Shown piece after piece: positions 25,515 through 39,220 of a stretch of DNA of 64,000 nucleotides (the stretch's first letter is position 1; every line of letters begins with the position of its first letter). The stretch spans positions 62,001-126,000 of the forward strand of contig OZ251248.1 of assembly GCA_965240325.2 (NCBI GenBank), given 5' to 3'. The DNA comes from Rebecca billardiae RCC1528 (Eukaryota > Protista > Haptophyta). A program made the position numbers and the translations under genes. The notes under the pieces are model-generated. The model saw only the letters and a program-made list of their open reading frames with translations, was not told the origin of the DNA and did no database searches.

Positions 25515-26578
25515 GGCGGCGGCGGCGCGCGCGGCGCGCGCGGCCGCGGCGGCGGCGGCGCGGCGGGCGGCGGCGCGGCGGCGGGCGGCGCGGGCGGCGC
25601 GCGCGCCGGGCCGGCCGCGGGCGTGGTGGCCGCCGCGACGGGCGCCGCCGTGGGCGCGTCCGCGGGCGGCGCTGGCGCGTCCGCGGGCGCGGCGGCGGGC
25701 GCGGCGGGCGCGGGCGCGGCGGGCGCGGCGGGCGCGGCGGGCGGCGCGGACGGCGGCGGCGCGGACGGCGCCGCCGCCGCCGACGGCTCGTCGCGGCACA
25801 CCGTCTCGGCGGAGGTGGTCGCGGCGCAGCTAGCGCCGATCGTCGAGCTGCTGCCCGCGCTCACCGCCGCGCTCTGCACCGCCGCGCTCACCGGCCGGCC
25901 CGCCGAGCTGGGCGGCGCGGGCGCGGCGGCGGCGGCCGCGGCCGCGGCCGCGGCGTCCGCGCAGCAGCAGCCAGCACCCTCGCCGCACGGGCACGCGCGC
26001 GCCGAGCGCGGGCTGCACACGCCGGCGCACGCGCACGCGGCGCACGCGAGCCCCGCGCTCGTGCTCGCGCCGCCCTCGCCCTCGGCGCGCGCCGCGCAGC
26101 TGCCGCCGCCGCTGCCGCCGCCGCCGAGCGGCGGCGGCGGCGGCGCGGGCTCAGCCGGCGGCGGCGGCGCGCCGCTCGGCGGCGCCGCCGCGACGGTCGG
26201 GGCGACGGCGACGCCGTCCTCGCCCGGGCGGCGCGGCCACGGCGCTGCGGACGAGGAGGGCGCGAGCCCGCCCGCGCTGCCGACGCCCGAGCCGCGCACG
26301 CCTGGCGGCGGCGGCGGCGGTGCCGCCGGCGGCGGCGGCGGCGGCGCGGGCGCCGAGCGCGGCGGCGCGGACGGCGGCACCGCCGGCCCGGCGGGCGGCG
26401 GCGCGGACGGCGGCGGCGCCGCCGGTGCCGCCGCCGCCGCCGACGGCGGCGCCGCACCCGACGCCGAGCGGCGCGGCGGCGCGGACGACGCCGACGGCGC
26501 CTCTGCCGCGGCCTCGCGCGCCGCCGCGCGCGCCGCCACGCCCGGCGCGGCCGCCGGCGCGCGACTGGGCGACGAGCT

Positions 26579-26626
<48 letters not shown>

Positions 26627-27338
26627 GTGCGCGCCGGCCTCGCCGCTCTCCGCGCCGCGCGCGCCCGCCGCGCGGTACGGGCGCACGCCGCTGCCCGAGC
26701 GCTCCGCGGCCGCAGCGAGCGGCGGCGCAGACGCGTCGCACGAGCCCGCGCTCGCGGCGCTCTCGCCCGCGGCGGCGGCGGCGGCGCTCCTGAGCGCGGC
26801 GGCGGTGGGCGTGGAGGGCGGCGGCGCGCCCACGCTGCATGCGGTTTCGGCCGTGATGGCGGGGATCTCGTCGTGCCCCATCGTGCGGCTGGTGCGCGCG
26901 CGCGCCGAGTCGCTGGCCGAGCGGCGGGAGGAGGCGGCCGCGGCGGAGGCGGCGCTCGAGGACGCGGCGGCGCGTCTGCAGCGCGTGGCGCAGCTGCCGG
27001 CCGCGGGCGGCGCGAGCGCGGCGCTCGGCGGCGCCGCCGCCGCCGGGCTCGCGCCGCCGCCGCCGGGCGTTGCGCTCGCCGGCGCGGCCGCGGCGGCCGC
27101 CGGCTCGCCCGGCGGCGCGGACGCGCACCGCGCCGCCGGCCGCGGCCGCGCGCACCGCCCGCTCGTCTCGCGCCAGTCCTCGCACGACGCCATCGCCCCG
27201 CCGCCGCTGCAGCAGCCGGCGCGCGTCGCGGCCGCGGCCGCGGCCGCGGCCGGCGGCGGCCTCGCCTCCGCCGCCTCGGGCGGCGGCGGCTCGACGGCGC
27301 GCTCGGCGGAGCGGGACGCCGAGCCGGCGGCCGCGGCG

Positions 27339-27403
<65 letters not shown>

Positions 27404-29437
27404 GGCCGAGGGCGGCGAGGAGGAGGAAGGCGTCGCGGCCGGCGCGGCCGGCTCGCCCGCCGCGGCGGCGGACGGCGGCGGCGACGGCGGCGGCGCGGAC
27501 GGCGGCTCGCCGCGCGGCGGCGAGGACGGCGGCGCGGGCGCGGACGCCGACGCCGACGCGGACGGCGCCGCCGCCGGCGGTGGCGGCGGCGCCGAGCCGG
27601 CCGCCGCGGCCGCGTCCGCGGGCGGCGGCGCCTCGCCCGCGGCGGGCGCGGGCGGCGGCGGCGGCGGTTGCGGCTCGGAGCCCTCCGCCTCGCCCGGCAC
27701 CGCCGCGGCCGCCGCGCTCGCGCTCGGCCGGCCGCCGTCGGTGCGCCTCCCCGACAGCTGCGCGCCCGCCGCCGGCTCGGGCGGCGGCACGGCGCGCAGC
27801 GCGCTCGGCGCGCCCGCGCCGGCGGTCGCCGTGCGCCCGACCACGCCGCCGGACGCGGTGCCTGGCGGCGGCGGCTCGGGCGCGGGCGCGGGGCTGGCGG
27901 TGGAGGCGCCGCCGCCCACGCCGACGCCGTCGGTCGCCAGCACCGCGCGCGCGGGCGCGGCCGGCGGCGCGTCGGCGCGCCCGCCCGCCACGCCCTCGGC
28001 CGGCGGCGCCGAGCGCGAGGGGAAGGGCGGCGGCTCGTACAACCCGCCCAGCATCACGGCTGCAGCGTGGTGGCGGCGCGGCGAGAAGGCGCAGGCGCAC
28101 GAGGTGCACTCGGCGACGACGGTCGCGTCGATGGTGGGCCCGCCGCTGCTGCTCAGCCTGTGGCTGCACGAGTGCGAGCGCGTGCTGCTCGACGCGCAGC
28201 TCGGCGGCGGCGGCGGCGGCTTTGGCGCGGGCGTGCTCGGCGGCGCGGCCGCGGCCGCCGCCGCCGACGCCGGCGCCGAGCTGCCCGACGCGCTCGAGCT
28301 GCGAGCGCTGTACGCGCGCGCCGCGCCGCCCGGCGCGCTCGACGGCGTGGCGGCGGGCGAGGGCGAGGGCGGCGGCGGCGGCGCGCGGCGCGAGTCGCTC
28401 GGCCCGAGCGCCGAGCTCAGCCTCGCCTTTGGCGCCGCCTTTGCCGCCGGCGGCGGCGGCGGCGGCGGAGGCGGCGGGCACAGGCTGGGCGGCGGCGCGG
28501 CGGGCGGCGTGGGCGCGCGCGCGTGGCTGCACGGCCAGGCGGAGCGGCTGATCCGCGCGCTCTTCCCCGAGCACGCGGGCGCGGCGCTGCACGAGGCGCG
28601 CGCCACCGTCGTTTGGATGCCTGCCGCGCTGCAGCCCGCGCCCGCCGTCGTGCAGGCGGCCGTGCTCGGCGTGCCGCCGCCCGCCGCGCGCGCCGCCGCG
28701 CCGCCGCCGCTGCCGCTGCTGGCGCAGCGCGGCGAGGGCGGCGCCGAGCGCGAGCGCGGCGGCGGCGGCGGCGAGAGCGCGAGCTTCGCCGCGCGCCGCC
28801 GCTCCGCGATCGGCGAGCCGCCGCCCGGCGGCGTGCTCTGCTCCACCACCGGCGGCGCGTTCACACTGCCTCCCTCCTTTGTGGTCGGGCTCAGCATGGC
28901 TGCCGCCAACGGCGGCCATGCTGCCGCCGCCGCCGGCGGCCATGCTGAGCCGGGCGCGTCCGCGCCGCCGCTACTCGAGTGCCGGCCGTGGCTGAGCGCG
29001 GCGCAGGTGGCGGACGGCAGCGGGCTCGCCGAGCTCACGCACGCGCTGCGCACGCACGCGCAGGCGCTCGAGGCCGCCTCGCCGCCCATCCGCCGCGCCA
29101 TCGCGCCCTCGCCCTCGCAGCTGCTCCTGCACGACGGCGCGGTGCTCGCGGCGACGCGGCTGTGCCGCATCCTGGCGCTGCCGGCGGGCGGCGGCGGCTC
29201 GGCGGCGGAGGAAGGGCGCGGGCTGATCGGCGGCGGCTCGGGCGGGCACGCGCTCCTCCTCGCGCCCGCCGCGTCCGGCCGGCGCTCGCTCGCGCGCCTC
29301 GCCGCGTTCGTGCTGGGGTACGCGACGCTGATGCCGCCGCCGCCAGCCGCGGAGCAGGCGGCGGCCTCGGCCGGCCTCGCCGCGGCCGGCGCGCGCGCGC
29401 CCGCGGCCGGCGGCGGCGAGGCCGGCGGCGGCGGGGC

Positions 29438-29470
<33 letters not shown>

Positions 29471-29501
29471 GCGCCGCGACGCTGGCGGCGGCGGCGCGTC
29501 G

Positions 29502-29551
<50 letters not shown>

Positions 29552-30205
29552 GCCCGCGGCCGGCGGTGCCGCCGCGTCGCCGCTCGGCGGCGCGGCGGCG
29601 GCGGCGGCGGCGCTGCTCGACGGCTGCCTGTACCATGCGCTGCGCGCGGCGGTGGTGCTGCGGCAGTCGACCGCCCTCGTGCTCTCCGACGCGCACGTGC
29701 GCCACCCGTCCTTTGCGCCCACCGCGCACGCGCTGCTCCGCTGCCCCGAGCAGCTGCTGCAGATGCTGCCGAGCGCCCACGCGCACGCGCTGTGGGCCGA
29801 GCTCGAGGCGACCGAGCGGCTGCGCGAGCGGCGCGCGGCGGCGGCGGCGAGCGCGGCGGCGCAGGCCGCGGCGGACTCGGCCGCCGCCGCGGCGGCGGCG
29901 GCCGCGGCGCAGGCGCACGCCGCGGCCGACGAGCGCCGCCCGCGCGCGCTCGCGCCGCCGCCGCCCGACGGCGGCGGCGGCGGCGGCGGCGGCGGCGCGT
30001 CGGCCAACGCGCCGCCGCCCTCGCCCTCGCGCAAGTCGAAGCGCGCGCACGCGCCGCTGCCGCAGGCGCGCGCGCTGCGCGAGCCGGCGCGCGGCGCTGA
30101 CATGAGCCGGAGCTCCGCCGGCGGCGCCGCGCTCGCCGCCGCCGCCGCCGCCGCCGGCGGCGCGCAGGGCGGCGGCGGCGGCGGCGGCGCTGGCGGCGGC
30201 GGCGG

Positions 30206-30238
<33 letters not shown>

Positions 30239-31094
30239 CGGCGCCGCCGCCGCGGGCCCGGCCGCGGCCGCCGCGGCCGCCGCCGCGGCGGCGGCGGCCG
30301 CCGCCGCGTCGGCCGCCTCGTCCGTCGGCGTGCGCCGCGCGTCGCTCGGCGACGAGCTCAACGCGTATGGCCGGCCGCCCGCGGGGCACGGCGCGGGCGG
30401 CGGCGGCGCGGACGGCGGCGGCGCCGACGGCGGCGGCGGCGAGGGCGGCGGCGGCGGCGCGTCCGCCGCCGCGGCCGCGGTCGGCGCGGCGCCCGCCGAC
30501 GCGCGGCTGCTCGCCGCGGCCGCGCGGCGCGTGCGCCGCCACGTCCGCCTCGTCGTGATGCTCGCGCCCTCGCCGCCCGACGGCGCGCTCGCGCGCGCCG
30601 CGTCGGCGGCGGGCGTCGGCGGCGGCGGCGGCGGCATCGAGGCGCTGTTCGCGTCTGAGCGTGCGCTTCTGCACTACCTCACGCCGCTCGCGCTGCCGCC
30701 GTGGCCGGCGTCGGCGCTGCGCGGGCTCGCGCTCGGCGCCGTCTCGGACGCGGACGCGTCCGCCGCCGCGCTCGCCCTCGCGCCGCCGCACCACCTCGAC
30801 CCGGAGGGCTTTGTCGAGTCGGCGCCGCTCGGCTCTGGAGGGTACGGCGTCGCGGCGGCGCTCGCGGCGCGCGGCGGCGCGCACGGCGCCGCCGCGGCCG
30901 CGGCCGCGGCGGAGGCGGAGGGCGAGGGCGAGGCGGAGGGCGGCTCGCTCGCGCCGCTGCGCGCCGCGCCCACCTCCGCGCGCCCGCAGTCCGCGCTCTC
31001 CACCGGCACCGCCTCGTCGGGCGCGGACGATTTGGCGCTGGCGGCGCTGAGCTGCGCGCTGTCGTCCGCATCCGCCGCGTCCGCGGCCGCGCCG

Positions 31095-31132
<38 letters not shown>

Positions 31133-33828
31133 GCGCACGTCGGTGAGCGCCGCCGTCGTCGCCGCGGCGGGCTCGGCGGCGGGAGGCGCCGACGCCGTCG
31201 ACGCCGCCGTCGCCGAGGCCGCGCTCGCGGACGCGCGCGCCGCCGCGGCCGCCGCCGCCGCCGCCGCCGCGGACGACGACGGCGGCTCCGAGCTGCACGC
31301 TCGCGTCGCGTCGGCGCTGGCGGACTGCCACCTGGCGGCGCTGCGGCTGCGCGCGCGCGAGCTCGCCGCGGCGTGCGCCGCCGACGGCGGCGCGCTCGCG
31401 CCGCCGCTCCTCGTCTCGCCCGCGCGCCTCCTCGCCGCCGCGCGCGCGTACGCAACGCTGCAGCGCGCGGCGGACGCGCGGCTCGGCGGCGCGGAGGACG
31501 CGATCGGTGGCGCTCTCTCCAAGCTGGCGAGCGCGGAGGAGGACGTGGGCGCGCTCGCGGAGGCGGTGTCGGCGCAGAAGGCGGCGCTCGAGCGCTCGGG
31601 CGAGGAGCTCGCCGACATGCTCCGCCTCATCACCCTCACCACCACCGAGTCTGCGCGGCGCAAGGGCGCGCTCGCCGTCTCGCAGAAGGCCCTCGGGGAG
31701 CGCACGCGCCGGCTGGCAGAGCTCGAGCGCCAGCGCTCGCACGCGCTCGGGGACGCGCTCGCGCTGATGACGGTGGCGGACGAGGCGGTGCTCAACGTCG
31801 CGCCCAAGGACCTCGCGTGGCTCCGCGCGCTCAAGAGCCCGCCCGAGGCCGTCAAGCTCGCGCTCGAGGCCGTGCTCCTCGTCCTCAGAGAGCCAGCCGC
31901 CGAGATTGGGCTGCGCGAGCGCGAGCCGACGCGCGCCGAGGCCATCTCGATGCGGCAGGCGGCGGCGCGGACGGGCGTGGAGCAGCGCAACCCGCTGGTG
32001 ATCAACGTGTCGTGGGCGCACCTCAGCGCCGCGCTGCTCGAGCCCGCCGCCGCCGCCGCCGCCGCGCTCGAGGAGGGCGGCGGCGGCGGCGGCCGCGGCG
32101 GCGGCCGCGCCGCCGGCGGCGGCGGCGCGGCGGCCTCGGCGGACGGCGGCGGCGCGCAGCCGCCGCCGCCGCCGCCGCCGCCGGCGGAGGGCGGCGGCGG
32201 GCAGGCGGCGGCGGCGGAGGGCCCGGCGCTGTTCACGCAGCGGCTGTGGGCGCTGGACAAGGACGCGATCTCCGCCGAGACGCTCGAGCTCCTCCAGCCG
32301 TACCTCCGCCACCCGGACTTCAACCTCGCCGCAGCCAAGCGCGCGGCGCCCGCGATCGGGGCTGTCGTCGGCTGGCTGCAAGCGCTCGAGACTTTCCACG
32401 GCGCGGCGGCGCGCGCGCGGCCGCTGCTCGCGGAGGTGGCGCGCGCGCGGCGCGAGCTGGGCGCGCACGAGCGGCACCTCGCGGCGGTGGGCGCGCGCGG
32501 CGGCGCGGCCGACGAGCTCGAGCACATGCAGCGCCGCTTCGAGGCCGCGACCGCGGCGCGCACCGCACTCACCACAGAGCAGCGCGCCGCGGCGGACAAG
32601 CTGACGACGGCGCGCGCGCTCGTGTCCGCGCTCGCCGCCGAGCGGCCGCACTGGCAGGCGGCGCGCGCGGCGGCGGCGGCGGAGCGCGGCGCGCTGCAGG
32701 CGGACTGCGCGTACACCGCGGCCGCGCTCACCTACGCCGCCGAGCTCCCGCCCGGCCGGCGCGCGCTGCTGCTGCCAGAGCTGCTGGGCGCGTGCGCGCG
32801 CGCCGGGCTTCAGCCGCGCCCGGCCGTGCGCGCGGCGCCGGCGCTGTTCGGCGCGACGCCGATCGAGCGGGTGCGCTGGGCGGAGGCGGGGCTGGTGGAC
32901 GCGGACGGCGACGGCGGGCTCTCCGCGCTCGCGCTGCGCCACGCCTCCGGCTGGCCGCTCCTCCTCGACCCGCACGGCCTCGGCCTCCGCTGGGTGTGCG
33001 CGACGCACGCGTCGGCGCACCGGCACGCGGCGAGCGTGGGCGCGGCCGCGCCCGGCGGCGGCGCGGCCGGCGGCCGGCGCGCGTCGAGCGCGGCGGGCGG
33101 CGCGCGCGACGGCGGCGGCGGGCCGGCCGCGCGCGCCGCCGCCGCCGCCGCCGCAGCCGCCGCCGCCGCAGCCGCGCGGCCCGGCGGCGCCGCGCGCGTG
33201 TACGGCTCCGCCGCGCGCGGCGGCGGCGGCGGCGGCGGCGGCGCGCCGCCCGGCGGCGCGGCCGCGCCGCCGGGCGGCGCGCCGCACGCGTCCGCGGCGA
33301 GCGGCGCGGCGGCGGCGGCGGCGGCGGCGGCGTGGTGGGCGCCCGCGCTGGGCGCGCCGAGCGCGCGCGCGCGCGGCTACGTGCTCGTCCCCGCCGCCGC
33401 GCCCGACGCCGTCCTCGAGCGCGCGCTGCGCGTCGCGGCGGGCGTCGGCGTCGCGCTCATCGTGCACGGCTTCGAAGGAGGGGCGTTGCCGCGGCCGCTG
33501 CGCGCGGTGCTCGGCGCGGCGGCGCGCGCGCGGCACCTCGCGGTGCGCGCGGCGGGCGCGGCGCGCGCCGCGGCGCACGCCGCGCGCACCGACGCCGCCG
33601 CCGCCGCCGCCGCGGGCCACGCCGCGCTCGTGGGCGGCGGCTCGGCCGCTGACCGCTGGCTCCCCATCTCGGCTTCGGCCGATACGGCCGCGGCCGCCGC
33701 CGCCGACGCGGACGGCGGCGGCGCGTTGGGCGGCGGCGGCGCGGACGGCGGCGGGGCCGCCGGCGGCGGTGGAGGCCCCGGCGCCAGGCCCGACGGCGCG
33801 ACCGCGTCGGGCGGCGGCGGCGGCGCGG

Positions 33829-33872
<44 letters not shown>

Positions 33873-34038
33873 TCGGACGGCGCCGACCCGGCCGGCGCGC
33901 CGCTCACGGAGGCGGACCGCCCGCCCGCCGCGCTGCGCGGGCTCAGCCGGCGGCGGCACTCGTTCGCGCTCGCGGCGGCGGCCGCCGCCGCCAGCGCCGC
34001 CGCCGCGGACGACGGCGGCGCCGGCTCGTTCGACGGGC

Positions 34039-34094
<56 letters not shown>

Positions 34095-35647
34095 AGCGGC
34101 TCGCGCGTGCGCGTCGCCCTCGCCGCGTCCGCCGCGGCGGAGGCGGAGCTGGGCCCGCCGGCGAACGGCGCGGCGCAGCCGCACCTCGCGGGCGCGGCGG
34201 CGCCGCAGCCGTCCGACTCGGACGACGCGCGCGTGCTCGAGATTGACGTCTCGCGCGGCTTCTTCTTCTACCTCGTCACCGGCCGCGCGCGCGGCGCGTC
34301 GGCTGCGCTGGGCGCGGGCGACGCGGTGGCGATGGCGGAGGGCACGGCGGCCGCGCCGCGCGCCGCCGCCGCCGCGCCGCTGTGCGCGCCGCCGCCGTGC
34401 GCGCTGTGCGAGTGGAGCCAGATGCGGCTCACGCCGCTCTCCTTCTCCCCCTCCGGCGCCGCGCTCGCCGACGCGCTCCTCGCACCCATCCTAGCCGTCG
34501 AGCGGCCTTCGCTGCTCGCGCAGACGCTCACCCTGCGCGCCGACGTCGCGCGCGCCGACGCGCAGATCGCCGCGTGCGAGCGCGCGCTGCTCGGCTCGCT
34601 CGCGTCGGCGCGCGGGCGCGTGCTCTCGGACATGTCGGCGCTCGCGTCGCTCGGCTCGCAGCGCGCAGCGATCGCCACCGCCGTCGCGCGCCGCGAGCTC
34701 CGCTCCGACATTGTATCGCGGCTCGAGCGCGGCACCGCTGACTGGGCCCGCGTGTCGGCGCACGGCGCGCTGCTGCTCGTCGCAGCGAGCGACCTCGCGC
34801 GGCGGCTGCCGCACGCGGCGGGCGCGGCGAGCCTGCGCTCGCTCGAGGCGGTGCTCGCGCGCTCCGCCGTGAGCGCGCGCCACCACCGCCTCGCCGACGT
34901 GCGCGCCGCGCAGCTCTGCGTCGAGCTGACCGCCCGGTGGCGCGCGGCCGTGAGCCGCTCGCTGCGCTCGGCCGAGGAGGAAGCGCTTTGGGACCTGCTG
35001 CTCGCGGCGCGGCTGGACGAGGCGCGCTCCGGGCTGCCCGCGCTCGCGGCGGTGCTCGGCGCGTCGCACTCGCTGCCGCGCGCCTCCGTCTTCGCCGACG
35101 CGGCCGTGCCGCCCGCGCCGCCGCCGAGCGCGGCCGCGGGCGGCGGCGGCGCCGACGGCGGCGGCGCCGACGGCGGCGCCGACAAGGGCGGCGGCGGCGA
35201 GAAGGGAGGAGGCAAGGGCGGCGGCGGCGGCGGCGGCTCGGGCGCGGCGGCGGCGGCGGCGGCCGCGCCGCCCGCGCAGCCCGCGCACCTCACCACCGCG
35301 ATGGGCGCGGGCCTCCCCGGCGGTTACATCACGGCGGCCACGCTGCTCGGCGCGCCGGGCGAGCGCGGCGGCGCGCCGCACGGCGCGTGGCGGTGCGGCG
35401 CGGGCGCGGGCGGCGCGGTCTCGGACCCGTTCCTCGCCGCGTCCGCCGCGGCGGCGGGCGCGCGCCGCGCCGCGCGCGGCTCGGACGCCGGGCCCGCCGC
35501 CGCCGCCGCCGCCGCCGGGCTGAGCGGCTCCCCCGCGTCCGTCGACCGGCGGTTTGCGGCCGCGGCCGCCGCCTCGCCGCTCGGCTCGCCCGCGCGCGGC
35601 GCGCTCGGCGGCGGCGCGGGCGCGGCGCCAGAGCACGCGGGCTCGGC

Positions 35648-35678
<31 letters not shown>

Positions 35679-35998
35679 GGCTCGGGCGCGGCGCCCGCGT
35701 TCGTGCCGCCCGGCGGCTGGCCCGCGTGGCTCTCCGTGCGCGCCGTCGCCGAGGTCGTCGCGCTGCACGCGCTGCCGCCCGCCTTTGGTCTGCGCTTCCT
35801 TGCCGTGTCGCTCGCGTCCCCGCTGGCCGACACGCAGGCGGCGTGGCAGCGCTTCGTGGCGCTGGCGGAGCCCGAGCGCGCGGCGCACCCGCGGTTCGCG
35901 CGCGACGAGCTGCCCGCGCTCTCGCGGCTGCTGCTCGTGCGCGCGCTCCGCCCCGACCGCGCCGAGGCCGCCGCGCTGGTGTACGCTCAGGAGGTGCT

Positions 35999-36061
<63 letters not shown>

Positions 36062-36209
36062 AGCGCCCGCCGCGCTCGGCGCCGCGCCGCCCGCCGCCGT
36101 CGGCGCGGGTGCGCTCGTCACGCCCGGCGCGGCCGGCGGCGGCGCGCGCCTCGGCGGCGGCGGCGCGGGCGGGCTGCCCGCCGGCGGCATCGGCGCGCTC
36201 GGCGCCGCC

Positions 36210-36243
<34 letters not shown>

Positions 36244-36920
36244 GGCTGCGCGACCGGCTGCGCGCCGCCGCGCTCGACGGCGCCGCGCACACCCCCATAC
36301 TCGTGCTGGCAGACTCGCCGCCGCCGGGCGGCGGCGGCGTGCTGCCGCCGGCGCCGCCGGACTACTCGCCCCCCGGCCTCGCGGCGGACGCGATCGCCGC
36401 GCTCGGCGCCTCCACCGCGTGCCTGCGCGAGGAGGAGGACACAGCGGCCATCCACCCGACGTTTGGCGCGCCGCACGTGCGCCTGCGGCTCGGGCGCGAG
36501 GCGGCGGGCGGCGCGCTCGGCCGGCCCGGCGCCGACGACGACGGCGGCGGCGGGGGCAGCCTGGTCGGCCGCGGCGGCGGCGGCGCCGTCGGCGGCGTGG
36601 TCGGCGTGCACTCGCGCCACGCCGCCACGGGCGGCGGGCGCACCGACGCGGACGACGAGCCCGACGCGCCGCCGGGCGGCGCCCCGCCGGTGTCGCGCGT
36701 CGCGCTCGGCCCGCCCGGCGCGCGCGTGCGCGCGCTCGGCGCGCTGCGCGCGGCGCTCGCGCGCGGCGAGTGGCTGATCGTCGAGGGGGTGGGCGCGGAC
36801 CCGGCGGGCGCGTGGGCGCTCGCGTGCGTCGCGCTGCCCGCGCTGCTCGACACGCCGCCGCCGCTGCCCGCCGGCGGCGGCGGCGGCGGCGCGGACGGCG
36901 GCGGCGGCGGCGGCTCCGCG

Positions 36921-36960
<40 letters not shown>

Positions 36961-36986
36961 CCGCGGGTGCGCACGACGCGGAGCAC

Positions 36987-37026
<40 letters not shown>

Positions 37027-38899
37027 GCAGCGCGGCCGAGCTCGTGCCCGCGCTGTACCACGCCGTCGCGCCCTCGCCGCGCTTCCGCCTCTTCCTCGTC
37101 GCCGACGGCGGCGACTGCGGCACGGGCGAGGCGGCCTCCGAGTATGTCGCCGCCGAGGGCGGCGCGGACGGCGGCGCGGCGCACGACGGCTCGCAGCTCG
37201 CCGACGCGGACGCGGAGGCGGCGGGCCGGGCGGGCGGCTCGGCGCGGCGCTCGGCGAACGGGCGCTGGTGGCGCGAGCTCTCGCGCACCTGCGCCACCCT
37301 CGCCGTCCGCCCCGCCGCGTCCGCGCGCGAGCTTCTGCTCGAGGCCGCGGAGGCCGTGCGGGCAGAAATCGGCCCTTCCATCGCTGCGGACCTGCAGCCG
37401 CCTGACTGGCAGCTGCTGCGCGCGGTGGCGCAGCTGCACGCGGCGATCCGCGCGCGGTGCGCGCGGCGGCACAGCGCGCGGCACGCGCCCGTCAACGGCC
37501 ACGCCTGCCTCCCCGGCCGCTCCGAGCTCCTCCTCGCAGTCAGGGAGGCGCTGCTTGTGGCGGACGAGCGCGCGCCCGGCGCGCCGATGCCGTGGCCGCG
37601 TGTGTACTGGGGCGTGCTCGGCGTGGCGTATGCGCCGTTCTGCGGGGCGGACGCGGCGGAGTGGGGCGCGTGGCTGCAGCTCGCGCGGCGGCTGCTGCCC
37701 GACATGCGCGCCACGTACGCGCCGCGCCGCGTGTACGCCCTCGCCGGGCCCGTCGGCGCCGCCCACGAGTCGGCGCTCGCGGCGTCGCCCTCCGCCGCCG
37801 CCGCCGCCGCCGCCGCCGCAGAGGACGGAGGGATCGTGCTGACGGGCGGCGCGGGCGCGGGCGCGGAGGGCGAGGGCGGCGGGGCGGGCGAGGGCGGCGG
37901 CGGCGCGGGCGGCGCCGCCGCCGCGTCCGCGTCCGCCGCGTCCGCCGCCACCGCCGCCACCGCCGCCGCCACCGCCACCGCGCGCGGACCAAAAGGCAGC
38001 AGGTCGGCGCGCGCCGCCGCCGCGTCCGCGTCCGCGTCGGCCACGTCGGCCGCGGCCGAGCGCGCGCACCACGCGGCGCACGCGGGCGGCGAGTCGCGCG
38101 CGGCGGAGCGGCAGCAGAGCGCCGCCGCCGCCGCCGCCGCCGCCGCGTCCGCCGCCGCCGCCGCCGCCGCCGCGTCGGCCGCGGCCGCGCCGGGCGGCGG
38201 CGGTCTCGTCGGTGGCGGCTCGGCGCGCGGCGGCGGCGCGGGCTCGCGCGGCGGCGGCGGCGCGGCGGCGCAGGCCGGGCCCGCGCCGGGCGAGCCGAGC
38301 GGCGGCGAGGGCGTGTACCGCGCGCCCGGCGACGACGACGCCACCGCGCTCGTCCTCGCCAAGCCCTCCGCCGCGGGCGGCGCGGGCGCGCGCGGCGGCG
38401 GCGCGGGCGGCGGCGCGCACCGCACCGCCGGCGGCTACGGCGCGGGCACCTGGGGTGCCTACGCGACGCCGTCGGTGGCGTTCGGCCCGCGCGGCGGCGC
38501 GGGCGCGTTCGAGCTGGGCGCGAGCCTCGCGCCCGCCCTCGCCGCGCTGCTCGGCGCGGGCGAGCGCGGCTGGGCGCGCCACGCGCTCGCCACGCTGCCC
38601 GCGCGCGACGGGCGCGGTCTGAGCGGCCTCGGCGCGACGGTGGAGGGCTTGGCCGCGGACGCGGGCGCGCGCGCGCTGCTCGTCGGGTGCGCGGCGGTGG
38701 CGGCGGCGGTGCTGGCGCACGCGCGCGAGCACGCGGTCGCGCCGCGCGCGCGCACCGCGCCGCCGCTGCTGCTGCTCGGCGGCGGCAGCGCCGCCGGCGC
38801 GGGCGGCGACGCGGCCGGCGGCGCGGGCGGCGGCGGGTTTGACGGCGGCGCGGCCGGCGGCGGCGCGGCCGGCGGCGGCGGGCCGGCCGGCGGCGGCGC

Positions 38900-38963
<64 letters not shown>

Positions 38964-39188
38964 GCCGTGCGCCGCACCGCCACCAACGCCGCGCGCGCCA
39001 ACCCCGGCGCCGCCGACCTCGACGGCGGCGGCGCGGGCGGCACGGCGCGCGCGCTCGGCGGCGCCGCGTCGCGCGGCGCCCCGCCCGGCCCAGTGCCGCC
39101 TGGCGCGCCGGGCGGGCGGATGCGCGGCTGCCGCGCGAGCGGCGCGGCGTCGGGCGCGGGCGGCGGCGCGTGCGGCGCGGCCGCCGCG

Positions 39189-39220
<32 letters not shown>
